NCBI GenBank assembly: GCA_049512935.1
Contig: JBEKWR010000006.1
Span: 32,001 to 96,000 of the forward strand
DNA from: Candidatus Bathyarchaeia archaeon
GTDB lineage: Archaea > Thermoproteota > Bathyarchaeia > Bathyarchaeales > Bathycorpusculaceae
Length of the DNA: 64,000 nt
Direction: 5' to 3'
Position 1 is the stretch's first letter, and each line of letters opens with the position of its first letter. Position numbers and translations under genes: made by a program. Positions 10,109 to 19,168 of the stretch are shown in pieces. The notes under the pieces are model-generated. The model had not been told where the DNA came from. It saw nothing but the letters and a program-made list of their open reading frames with translations, and searched no databases.

Positions 10109-11290
10109 ATGGCAAGGCAAATTTTTGCTGAAGATGTGTATTCGAAGGGCTTTAGCGGAGTTCAAGAGAACGATACGCTTTCCCGATGTTTAGAAGCGTT
10201 TGAAAAAGGAAGGCCGCCTGTCTTAGCTGTCTTAAATGACAAAGGAAAGTATGAAGGCATGATTACTCGCCGCGCGATTTTAAGGTCAAGATTGGACCTT
10301 AACGCCTCAAAAGTTAAGACGCTCATGAAGACTGCTCCTCCTGTGACTGTTGATTTTTCGCTTAGTAAAATGGCGAAGTTGATGATTGAGAGCGGGTTGA
10401 GGCAGCTTCCGGTTTTTGACAAGAGCAAGCTTTTGGGTTTTGTCACGGATGAGAACATTATTCATGCCGCCGTGATGCTGGAGTGGGGTGCCTCTAAGGT
10501 TGAGACGATTATGACTCGTGCGCCGCACACTCTTGAGGCTGACCGTTCTGTGGGTGCGGTTCTGAGTGTGATGCGTGAATACGGTGTCTCGCATGTTCCG
10601 ATCATGGAGGGCGGGAGGCTTGTGGGCATGATTAGTATTCAGGATATTTTGGAGAATATCTATTGGCCGCAGAGGCGTCAGACGACGGGGGACATTGTTG
10701 GGGAGAAGATTGAGACTTTGAGCGTTGCGGCTAAAGGCATCATGAGTCGGCCTGCGGTTACGGTTGATCCGCAGACGAGTTTGCGGGATGCTGAGAAGGC
10801 GATGCATGATCATGACATTTCCTGTTTGGCGATTACGTCGAACGAGCGGCTTGTGGGTGTTGTGACGAAGCTTGATTTTTTGGAGCCTATCAGCCAGTTG
10901 GAGGTGGCGGAGCGTAAGTTGTCGGTGCAGTTCGGTGTTAAGGAGGTGGAGATTTCGCCTGAGCAGCAGGCTTTCATGATGGAGGAGTTTGACTCGTTCA
11001 CGCGTAAGTATGAGGGCGCGTTCCAGCTGGGCACGTTGTTTGTGTACATGAAGAGTCATGGCAACACGAGTTTGCGTGGGACGCCGATGATTCAGTGTCG
11101 TCTGCAGTTTAGGACGGTTCGGGGCACTTTTGTCAGTGCGAGTGAAGGGTGGGGTGTTGAGCCCACGTTCAAGGTGGCTCTGGAGCGCCTCGACCGTAGG
11201 CTGCTGCGCAGCAAAGAGCTGCTGGCTTACAACCCCAGGTACGCGAGAGACTACCTGCGCAAGATCGGGCTGCCCCAGGAAGAATCATAA
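10109..11290 (+). CDS. Four-CBS-domain protein with C-terminal HPF/RaiA-like domain
   Basis: Repeated CBS motifs (RQLPV, SHVPI, LVGMIS, LVGVVT); C-terminal EGWGVEPTFKVALERLDRRL helix. Confidence 0.8.
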   Translation: MARQIFAEDVYSKGFSGVQENDTLSRCLEAFEKGRPPVLAVLNDKGKYEGMITRRAILRSRLDLNASKVKTLMKTAPPVTVDFSLSKMAKLMIESGLRQLPVFDKSKLLGFVTDENIIHAAVMLEWGASKVETIMTRAPHTLEADRSVGAVLSVMREYGVSHVPIMEGGRLVGMISIQDILENIYWPQRRQTTGDIVGEKIETLSVAAKGIMSRPAVTVDPQTSLRDAEKAMHDHDISCLAITSNERLVGVVTKLDFLEPISQLEVAERKLSVQFGVKEVEISPEQQAFMMEEFDSFTRKYEGAFQLGTLFVYMKSHGNTSLRGTPMIQCRLQFRTVRGTFVSASEGWGVEPTFKVALERLDRRLLRSKELLAYNPRYARDYLRKIGLPQEES

Positions 11291-11450
11291 GCGTAGCCCT
11301 CCCCTTTTTCCCTGTTTGTTTTTAGGCTTGATGCTTTTTGTGTAGGTTTTTGGTTGTAAAAATGGGGGTAGGGGTCGGGTTTCTGGTTTTTTGTGTTTTG
11401 GGTTGCTTTTTTGGTTTAGAGCTTGGATTGGGCTCAGGTTAGGGTTGGGA

Positions 11451-11530
11451 AAGGCTAGAAAAGGTCTAAAAAGGTGTAAAAAGGTTTAAAACGATACGGA
11501 AAGATACAGAACGATACGGAAAGGTGCACC
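11451..11530 (+). repeat. Degenerate 10-bp-period tandem array overlapping a TATA-like box
   Basis: aaggctagaa/aaggtctaaa/aaggtgtaaa/aaggtttaaa/acgatacgga/aagatacaga/acgatacgga/aaggtgcacc. Confidence 0.75.
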
Positions 11531-11534
11531 ATAC

Positions 11535-11939
11535 ATGCCGCTGAATGAGCAAGCAACATTCAAAACCAAACTGCAACGCCACAACAGGCTCACCGTCCCC
11601 AAACTCCTGCGGTGGCGCTACAAAATCGAACCCACCCAACTCCTAAAAGTCACCGTTAAACCGCTCAGCCCGCAGAGCTTCGGCGAAGAAGAAGAATTCC
11701 TCGCCAAAATGGCAGCCGACGGACGCCTCACCGTCCCGAAACTGACCATGGAAATCCTCCAAAAACAAGAAGAAAAAGACCTCACAGGCAGCATCTTCGA
11801 AGTAACAATCAACCCAGCAGACGAAGAGCCAAGCCGCGCCCAACCCTCAGCCGACGCTAGACCCCAAGAAAGCACCGAAACAAAACTCCTCGGCAAAATC
11901 AACGACATCCGAAAAAGCCTCAACAACAAAACCCCATAG
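11535..11939 (+). CDS. Tandem AbrB/SpoVT-like DNA-binding protein
   Basis: Internal repeat NRLTVPKL / GRLTVPKL. Confidence 0.7.
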   Translation: MPLNEQATFKTKLQRHNRLTVPKLLRWRYKIEPTQLLKVTVKPLSPQSFGEEEEFLAKMAADGRLTVPKLTMEILQKQEEKDLTGSIFEVTINPADEEPSRAQPSADARPQESTETKLLGKINDIRKSLNNKTP

Positions 11940-12015
11940 CACTACCCTTCCTCAAAGACCCAGAGAACCAAGTAGGAACCAAACAATTCATCAAAAAGCT
12001 TGGTACTTAGCTAAA

Positions 12016-12060
12016 GAGCTTCGGATGGGAATTGAACCCGTCTATAACAGCTCTGCAGAG
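12016..12060 (-). pseudogene. tRNA-Cys-like 3' remnant
   Basis: Minus strand CUGCAGAGCUGU...GGGUUCAAUUCCC; no intact 5' half. Confidence 0.6.
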
Positions 12061-12100
12061 TTGTCTATTGTTGATGCAAGCGTTTAGGCTTAGTGGTCGT

Positions 12101-12433
12101 TTAGTCTGTCGTTTTTTTTCCCGCTCTCTTGTAGAAGTTCTTCATGTCTTCCTCTAAATCTTCTCTATCGTATTGAGAGACCGTTTTCTTCTGCTTGAAA
12201 TAGTCCATCATCTCTCTAACAGACACGCCAGAGTCCATTGCAGCCCGCTCCAAAGTTATTGATCCATCAGCATAACGTTTCGCCGCGTACTCTTTCTTCC
12301 AGTCCATCACAGCCTTGTAGAGGAGCTTTCTAAGTACAGTTGAGCGGTCTGTTTGCTCCACGCCCTCTATCTTCTTAATGTCCGATACTAAGGTTTCAGG
12401 CAGTCTTGCAGCAACCATCTCTTCCTTCTTCAT
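12101..12433 (-). CDS. UPF0175 family antitoxin
   Basis: RHH-like N-terminus plus YADGSITLERAA; overlaps the PIN gene. Confidence 0.8.
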   Translation of the reverse strand: MKKEEMVAARLPETLVSDIKKIEGVEQTDRSTVLRKLLYKAVMDWKKEYAAKRYADGSITLERAAMDSGVSVREMMDYFKQKKTVSQYDREDLEEDMKNFYKRAGKKTTD

Positions 12434-12948
12434 TTTCTCACCTTCCTAGCCATGTTAATAATCTCAGTTGTAACATCCGTAGATATCCACATCACCTTTG
12501 CCAGTTTAGCAAAGTCTTCAACCAACTCATCGTAATTAATCAGTTTACAAACGAACGCTTCGTACAACACCATAACGGTGCCTCTATACTCCAAATCCCA
12601 ACTCTTCGCAATGGCTCGGGCTTCTTTATCATCGAGTATTATGAGTGCTTTTTCATCTTTTGCAAGAGTTAAAGCTTCAGCCTCGCCTAAACCAATCCTC
12701 ATCTCACCAATTAGCCTCTGCACTGTTTCATCTTGGCTCTCTGTTGGTTCGGTTACTGTGATCCAGCCTTCCTCAATGGCTTTTTCAATTTCTAAAGCAT
12801 CACTGGCGCCAAGCTCCTTTCCTTTGTCCACACTTTCAACCTTCACTGAGTGCGAGATTATGACTGTACCGTAAAGATCCCGTAGCAGTTTTAGCCTTCC
12901 GATCTTAGCTAAACAGATTAACGGTGACGTATTCGATGTTACTTTCAT
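12430..12948 (-). CDS. DUF3368/PIN-domain toxin
   Basis: SNTSPLI, GLGEAEAL, ILDDKEAR. Confidence 0.85.
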   Translation of the reverse strand: MKVTSNTSPLICLAKIGRLKLLRDLYGTVIISHSVKVESVDKGKELGASDALEIEKAIEEGWITVTEPTESQDETVQRLIGEMRIGLGEAEALTLAKDEKALIILDDKEARAIAKSWDLEYRGTVMVLYEAFVCKLINYDELVEDFAKLAKVMWISTDVTTEIINMARKVRK

Positions 12949-12977
12949 ACATTAATTATTGCGAAAATAAGATATTT

Positions 12978-13008
12978 AAATGTTAACAATCTACACAAAT
13001 GTTAACAA
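12978..13008. promoter_or_regulatory. Paired palindromic operator candidates beside the TA promoter
   Basis: AAATGTTAACAA twice (12978-12989, 12997-13008) with palindromic core TGTTAACA, next to a TTTAAATA box on the minus strand. Confidence 0.5.
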
Positions 13009-13027
13009 ACTCATCTAGGCACATTAA

Positions 13028-13051
13028 GAGCGGTGGATGGGAATTGAACCC
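13028..13051 (-). repeat. tRNA T-arm/acceptor remnant, direct repeat of 12016-12039
   Basis: Exact shared 17-mer GGATGGGAATTGAACCC. Confidence 0.7.
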
Positions 13052-13220
13052 ATAAAATTTGGTGGTTCAGGTTTTTGTGAAATTAATAGGTTTTTGACCG
13101 TTGAAAGTGCGGTTTTTTTCAAGCAATATTTATATCAAAAGCGCTGCAATTCGTACCAATTAAACTGTATGTCGCCGCGCACGGTCTGTTCGGTGCGATG
13201 GGAACCCTTGGTGTGAACGT

Positions 13221-14159
13221 ATGCCGTTTAAAACCGTAAAGAAGGATGCGGCAGATGCCTTAACGATAGAATGGGGTTTGCAAGTTAAAAATTACAAGTT
13301 AACCCTTGACAAGAAACGCTGCGTCAGCTGCCAAATATGCAGTTTAGCCTGCCCGAAAGAGGCGATAACAGTGCAGAAGCAGCCTAAAGTTGCGGGGGAA
13401 AAAGCCAAAAGAGCCAAAGTCGACGTTGACTTGGCGAAGTGCAATTTCTGCGGAATCTGCGACGTCACATGCCCCTACGGCGCAATCAGGGTTACTTTGA
13501 ACGACAAGCACGAGCTTAACCTTCTGGCGAAGGACAGCTTTCCACAGCTTGTCAGGGACATAAAAGTTGACACGCGCCACTGCACCAAAGAATGCGTCGA
13601 ATGCGAAACAGCCTGTCCCTTAGGGTTGATAACGGTGTCTAAAGTCGGTTTTGACGGCAAACCAGTGGAAAACGTTGATGCCCTGTCGCCGAGCGCTAAA
13701 GACCGCGTTCAGGTTAGCCTCGCCATCAAAAGCGAGTACTGCCCAACTTGCAGGGTGTGCGAGTTCAAATGCAGCCCAGGCACCATAAAAGTCAAGAAAG
13801 CCTACGACGGCGTAATCGCCATCACACAGGAAAAATGCCCAGAAGGCTGCACAGACTGCCTTGACGTTTGCCCAATCCCAGGCGCGCTTGTTCTCGAAGA
13901 AGACAAGAAAGTTCATGTTAACGATTTGTTCTGCACTTACTGCGGCGCATGCAAAAACGTTTGCCCCGTTCCCGAAGCCCTCATGGTTAAACGCACGGCA
14001 ATACACCACACACCCATCCATTCAGGCGCGTGGAACAAAGCCTTAGAAAGATTAACCTCGCCAGCTGACGCGGCTAAAGAGTTCCGAAGCGTGGCTGGTG
14101 AGAGCAGGCGCAAGGCAGTAGGTAAAAGATTCCCAGCCTTTGAGGAGACGGAAAAATGA
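13221..14159 (+). CDS. Polyferredoxin (FwdF/MvhB-like)
   Basis: Six CxxCxxCxxxC-type 4Fe-4S motifs; directly upstream of hdrA. Confidence 0.9.
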   Translation: MPFKTVKKDAADALTIEWGLQVKNYKLTLDKKRCVSCQICSLACPKEAITVQKQPKVAGEKAKRAKVDVDLAKCNFCGICDVTCPYGAIRVTLNDKHELNLLAKDSFPQLVRDIKVDTRHCTKECVECETACPLGLITVSKVGFDGKPVENVDALSPSAKDRVQVSLAIKSEYCPTCRVCEFKCSPGTIKVKKAYDGVIAITQEKCPEGCTDCLDVCPIPGALVLEEDKKVHVNDLFCTYCGACKNVCPVPEALMVKRTAIHHTPIHSGAWNKALERLTSPADAAKEFRSVAGESRRKAVGKRFPAFEETEK

Positions 14160-14205
14160 GCACATCACAAACTTCCAAAAGATTCAACTTAGAGGAGATA
14201 ATGAA

Positions 14206-16713
14206 ATGAGCAAACCAGAAGCCCCAAAACAACCCGAAACCCAAAAACCAGAAGAACTGCGGATCGGCGTTTTCATCTGCCACTGCGGCATGAACATCGC
14301 AGGAACCGTGGACGTACCATCAGTCGCCGAGTACGCAAGAACCATACCCGACGTAGTCTACGTTAAAGAAAACCGCTACACCTGCGCTGACCCGGGACAA
14401 GAAGAAATCAGAAAAGCAATAAAAGAACAAAAATTGAACCGTGTCGTCGTAGCCGCTTGTAGCCCAAGGATGCATGAGCCAACATTTCGGAAAACCGTAA
14501 GTGAAGCAGGGTTAAATCCCTATGTGTTTGAAATGGCGAACATACGCGAGTTCGCTTCTTGGTGCCATCCCAATGCTCCAAAAGAAGCCACAGCAAAAGC
14601 AAAAGATATCGTAAGGATGGCTGTCGCCAAGGCGAGGCTGCTTAAGCCTCTTGAAACCATGGAGGTTCCTGTAACCAAAAACGCCTTGGTTATCGGCGGC
14701 GGCATTGCCGGCATCAACTCCGCTCTGGATTTGGCGAATATGGGGTTCCAAGTATACCTTGTCGAGAAGAACACGAGCATAGGAGGACACATGGCACAGC
14801 TCGACAAGACTTTTCCGACTTTGGATTGCAGCATATGAATTGAAGGACCTAGGATGGTGGAGGTAAATCGCCATCCTAAGGTCCAAGTAATAACCAATGC
14901 GGACATCCTCAGTGTGGAGGGGTTTGTAGGCAATTTCAAAGTTAAGGTCCGCAAGAACCCAAAGTACGTTGATGCCAAAAAATGTACTGGCTGCGGGGAA
15001 TGCAAAGACGCCTGCCCAATAGAATATCCCAATGAGTGGGATATGAACTTAGGCGTAAGAAAAGCCATCTCCATTCCGTTTGACCAAGCAGTGCCTCTGA
15101 TCTACTCGATAAACAGGGATTACTGCATAGAGTGCTTCAAATGCGTGGATGCCTGTGGTGCGCGTGAAGCCATCAACTTTGACCAAAAGCCCGAAGAAGT
15201 TGAATTGGACGTTGGAGCAATCATTGTAACAACGGGTTGTGACATTTATCTACCATATGATGACGCCACGTACGGCTATGGAAGATACGATAACGTAGTT
15301 ACAGCTTTGGAGTTTGAGAGACTCATCACAGCGGGCGGTCCAACAAGTGGACACGTAGTCCGCTCATCCGATGGAAAGACACCGAAAAGCGTTGCCATCA
15401 TTCAATGCGTCGGTTCAAGGGACGTAAACAAGTACGAATACTGTTCAGGTTTCTGCTGCATGTATGGGCTCAAAGAAGCCATCCTTCTGAAAGAACATTA
15501 CCATGATGACGTGGAAGTCTACATTTTCTACATGGATATGCGCACTCCCGCCAAAGGTTATGAAGAATTCTATCGACGAGCCCGTGAAAAGGGAATTACC
15601 TTCGTCATGGGAAAGCCGTCCCGAATAATGGAAGACCCAAAGACCAAAAATTTGATTATCCGAGCAGAGGACACGAAGCTGGGGCAGCCCATCGAAGTCG
15701 AAGCGGAGATGGTTGTGTTAAGCACAGCCGCCATACCGAGTAAGGGAGCCGAAGAATTGGCCAGCATCCTCCACATAACGCGAGGGTCAGACGGGTTCTT
15801 CATGGAAAGTCACCCGAAACTCAAACCAATGGACACGCCTATGGACGGAGTATTCCTAGCAGGTGCTTGCCAAGGACCAAAGGACATACCCTACAGCGTA
15901 GCCCAAGGAAGCGGCGCGGCTTCAAGAGCTGCCACCATTCTTTCGCAGCCGAAATGGAAGATAGAACCGATTGTCTCCATCGTTGACGTCGCCAAATGCA
16001 GAAACCCGAAAGCAAAGTGCGGTGTATGCGTGAAAAGCTGCCCCTTCGGAGCCATAACCGCGGTTGAGGGGCAACCAGCCCAGATCAACGCAGCTCAGTG
16101 CCATGGCTGCGGAACATGCGTTGCTGAATGCCCACAAGACGCCATAACCCAGATGCACTTTACGGATGAACAAATAACCTCACAAATCAGAGCCGCGCTG
16201 GAAAGGGACCCTGAAGACATTATACTGACGTTTATGTGTAACTGGTGAGGTTACGCCGGCGCGGACCGAGCGGGGACGAGCCGGCTTGAATACCCTCCGA
16301 CGACGAGGGCTATTCGGGTAATGTGCACAGGACGGGTAGACAGAGACTTCGTCATGGAAGCCTTTAGACTGGGAGCCGGAGGCGTATTGATTACCGCCTG
16401 CCATCTTCCCAACGACTGCCACTACATCTCTGGAAACGTCAGGATGAAAGCGCGCATGGATGCCTTAGCTGGCATGCTTCAAAAGCTTGGATTGAGCCCG
16501 CATAGATTCAGGGTTGAGTACGTTTCGTCAGCTGAAGGAGAGAAATTCGTCAGCATCATCAAGGAAATGACTAGTCAAATGCAAGCTTTAGGCAAAGACA
16601 AGATACTCGCGGAAAACGCAAAGCTTCGACCAACCTTAGAGAACATGCTGAAACGCAAAGCAGCCGCCCCAGCCCCTGCAGCTAAACCCGCCGATCAAGC
16701 ACCCGCAAAGTAG
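14206..16713 (+). CDS. hdrA: Selenoprotein HdrA-MvhD(VhuD) fusion, 835 aa, Sec at residues 211 and 681
   Basis: Three track ORFs share one frame, separated only by TGA 14836-14838 ([20 protein letters not shown]) and TGA 16246-16248 ([18 protein letters not shown]). SD GAGGAG precedes ATG 14206; FAD motif VIGGGIAG; QCVGSR; ferredoxin motifs. Confidence 0.93.
14845..14884 (+). promoter_or_regulatory. Stem-loop 6 nt after first in-frame UGA (candidate recoding element)
   Basis: GGACCU-AGGAUGGUG / CGCCAUCCU-A-AGGUCC: 15 bp, one bulged A, 9-nt loop. Confidence 0.65.
16255..16285 (+). promoter_or_regulatory. Stem-loop 6 nt after second in-frame UGA (candidate recoding element)
   Basis: GCCGGC/GCCGGC closing stem, internal tandem GA/GA, GAGCG loop. 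Confidence 0.5.
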
Positions 16714-17033
16714 GCAAAGAATTGGCTCCTGAGCCATTGCGGTTGGGTGGAAGGTTCTTGTGGCAGTATGGGCTGTTCGATACGGATATCTTTAGCCTTG
16801 GCGGTAAGCTCAACACCTAGAGCCTTGACTTTCTGGGTCTTGTCATCTATAATAGCTCACTTTCAACATGTATAATCAACTTATCTTTTTGTGAATTGGC
16901 TAACTGTTAAGAGTCAACTAATGTCAGGAAGTGCCTGCAGATCCTTTCCTCGATTATCTAAAGCACAAGTTTTAAAAACAAATTAAACAATACCAGAATT
17001 TGTCCTCTATTTAATTGCTGAAGGACTGGGAAG

Positions 17034-18215
17034 ATAATCCGATCCAGATGGAAATGCCTCACAATTCTCTGTTTAATACTTATCTTAGTCGCAAGCTTAG
17101 GTTTACCCGCTAAAGTGAAAGCACAATCAAATGGATTAACCCAACAGATTCCGCCGATGGACTTACACCCCGTAACGACTCAGCCTCAGCCTGATGGCGG
17201 CTTCATTAAAGATTGTGGTGTTTCTCAAGACGATGTCTGCAGCTCAAGCTGGATGGTATGGAGGGATTACACGCAGATGGGCAACCCGCTAACTGAGAAA
17301 CTGGAGGGTGGCTTTGGAGAAACCGTCAACGGAACTGAGTTTACTCTGGGCTTCGGTCTAACCTCATTTATTCCTCCACCCCAAGCCCCAAATATTCCGG
17401 TGGGAACGATAAGCCAGACAACAGACAACCCATGCGGAATCTGGATAAGCTGCCAGTACGGAGCATTCCCAATCTGGCTCTACAATGCCACAGACGTGAC
17501 AACAAATTCAGGTCAGGTCACAACAGTCAATGGGTTGCCGAGTGTCACACTTAATGAGACATTCAGCAACATCCAGCTCGACACAGGCGGGCACGGTGAC
17601 TCCACAGTGAATCTTGTTGTAAGCCAACAAATAACTGGTAACGCCACCACCATGATAGCTCAAGTCAATGTCTACGCCGACCTGAGCAACATGCACTTTT
17701 ACCTGCCTGACGGCACAGAGATACCGCAGGGCACCGACTACTCACTTAACCTCCTGTGGATAACTGGATTATCCAATGGAACCGAGTCGGCACAGCTCGG
17801 ATACTTTACTGCTTATCCATATACAATCATCGGGAACTCATTATACTTCATTGTGAACGGCGAAGTAGGCAACATTGCAGGCATAACTTTAAGCGACAAA
17901 TACGTGGAAAGCCAAGGTGCAAATCAAATGTCAAGCCGCCAAGCACAAGTCCAGTTCATAAGCACTAACGCAACTGTGGGTGCACATCGTGCACCAGAGT
18001 GCCTCTGTCTCCAAACGTTCCCAAACCTGACCTACGGAGTTACTACTAGCGTGCAGAGCGACCCCACCATCTACATGAACCATGCATTAATGTCGACTCT
18101 TCCCCTAATCACTCTCATTGTTGTCGTGGCTGTTGTAATTGCTGCATGCGTCGTTCTTTTCCGATATCGAAAAAGATTCAGGAAGGGAGCTAAAAAAATA
18201 AATGCCGAAACTTAA
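17034..18215 (+). CDS. Secreted, C-terminally anchored hypothetical protein (start uncertain)
   Basis: In-frame signal-peptide-like stretch upstream of track start 17115; C-terminal TM plus basic tail. Confidence 0.65.
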   Translation: MIRSRWKCLTILCLILILVASLGLPAKVKAQSNGLTQQIPPMDLHPVTTQPQPDGGFIKDCGVSQDDVCSSSWMVWRDYTQMGNPLTEKLEGGFGETVNGTEFTLGFGLTSFIPPPQAPNIPVGTISQTTDNPCGIWISCQYGAFPIWLYNATDVTTNSGQVTTVNGLPSVTLNETFSNIQLDTGGHGDSTVNLVVSQQITGNATTMIAQVNVYADLSNMHFYLPDGTEIPQGTDYSLNLLWITGLSNGTESAQLGYFTAYPYTIIGNSLYFIVNGEVGNIAGITLSDKYVESQGANQMSSRQAQVQFISTNATVGAHRAPECLCLQTFPNLTYGVTTSVQSDPTIYMNHALMSTLPLITLIVVVAVVIAACVVLFRYRKRFRKGAKKINAET

Positions 18216-18385
18216 TGCTTAATGAAATCCCAAGCTTGTGGCTTGATAGTATTCTGGGACTTTTCTTAATCTAATCATTAAAATCACCCAACGCGCGTTT
18301 CTGAGCGGAATATGTCTATGTTGCCGAGTGAATACAGAAATCGCACTGCGAGAAAAATTATTCAGCAGCTGAAGGCATCAATCGG

Positions 18386-18475
18386 GGCGTCCCACGGCTA
18401 GGCGGTCATAGCATCGGACTTCAAATCCGGTGAGCCCGCAAGGTCTCGGAATCCGATTCCCCTTGGACGCCGCCA
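18386..18475 (+). tRNA. selC: tRNA-Sec(UCA), degenerate copy
   Basis: 90 nt, 4 substitutions vs 19425-19514, three of which break D- and T-stem pairs. Confidence 0.75.
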
Positions 18476-18504
18476 CTATACCACTGCAAAATCTGGCAAG
18501 AAAT

Positions 18505-18942
18505 TCACTTGAAAGGATTTACGACGTTTAGAAAGTTATATTTCTTGAAGTCATCAACATTTTCTGTATAAATGCATTCCACTTTGTCATCTTTGGCTGT
18601 GACCGCCATGGCGCAGTCGAAAATCTTGCCTTTAGTCACTTTCATTTCCTTCGTTAACCTCAAAACGTCCATGACTGCATTCGATGCTGGATTGATCTTC
18701 TCGATTTCGCGGCATTCCCAAAAGTCGAGGCATACATTTACGGCTTCACTTAATTTCATTGGAGACTCCACTCTCTTGGGATTCGTGATTACCGCAAAAA
18801 ATTCATATATCACTTGTGCAGTCAAACATGCATCAAGTTTTCCAGTCATCGCATCCTCAATTACGGCGCTGGCGCGTTTCTGAAAAGGAGATGACTTGTT
18901 ATGGGCGTGAACAAGGATATTGGTGTCAAGTAATGTCTTCGT
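18505..18942 (-). CDS. VapC/PIN toxin lacking a canonical start (ACG)
   Basis: In-frame (T)KTLLDTNILVHAH upstream of first ATG; QVIYEF, IFDC, IYTEN motifs. Confidence 0.7.
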   Translation of the reverse strand, partial: TKTLLDTNILVHAHNKSSPFQKRASAVIEDAMTGKLDACLTAQVIYEFFAVITNPKRVESPMKLSEAVNVCLDFWECREIEKINPASNAVMDVLRLTKEMKVTKGKIFDCAMAVTAKDDKVECIYTENVDDFKKYNFLNVVNPFK

Positions 18943-19168
18943 AGATTTCCTCTCGCGAAAGTTTCCCTTTTATTTTCCCTAAGTCAGGTGGATTCTTAAG
19001 TCTTTTAAGAATTCGGGCTGCTGCATCGCAGCTGCGTGCAATTTCCAATTTGGCTACCCCTTTCTCGACAACCTCGATGCGCAATACGTCGCCTTCAGCT
19101 AGTCCCAGCCGTTCTTGGACTTCGCGTGGGAGGTATACCTTATCTTTATAGAACGTGGTTTCAGTCAT
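18926..19168 (-). CDS. AbrB/MazE-type antitoxin
   Basis: VYLPREVQERLGLAEGDVL; overlaps the PIN gene. Confidence 0.8.
   Translation of the reverse strand: MTETTFYKDKVYLPREVQERLGLAEGDVLRIEVVEKGVAKLEIARSCDAAARILKRLKNPPDLGKIKGKLSREEIYEDIT

Noticed and set aside
10307-11059. Long antisense or alternative-frame ORFs (also 30415-30936, 51651-52640, 54657-55781, 63018-63629)
   Set aside because: Shadows of well-supported genes caused by codon bias; no recognisable motifs.
11451-11530. CRISPR array
   Set aside because: 10-bp units without spacers, and no cas genes in the window.
13175-13200. CGCAC/GTGCG hairpin before the polyferredoxin as a 5' SECIS
   Set aside because: Short, and lacks a GAA/A or UGA/GA motif.
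14157-14159. Polyferredoxin TGA as a third Sec codon
   Set aside because: Not in a Cys motif; TAG follows 10 codons later and hdrA is in another frame.
14140-16713. Three separate genes or an hdrA pseudogene, as in the ORF track
   Set aside because: Same frame, both stops are TGA at known Sec positions, the intervening codons are conserved, and Sec machinery is adjacent.
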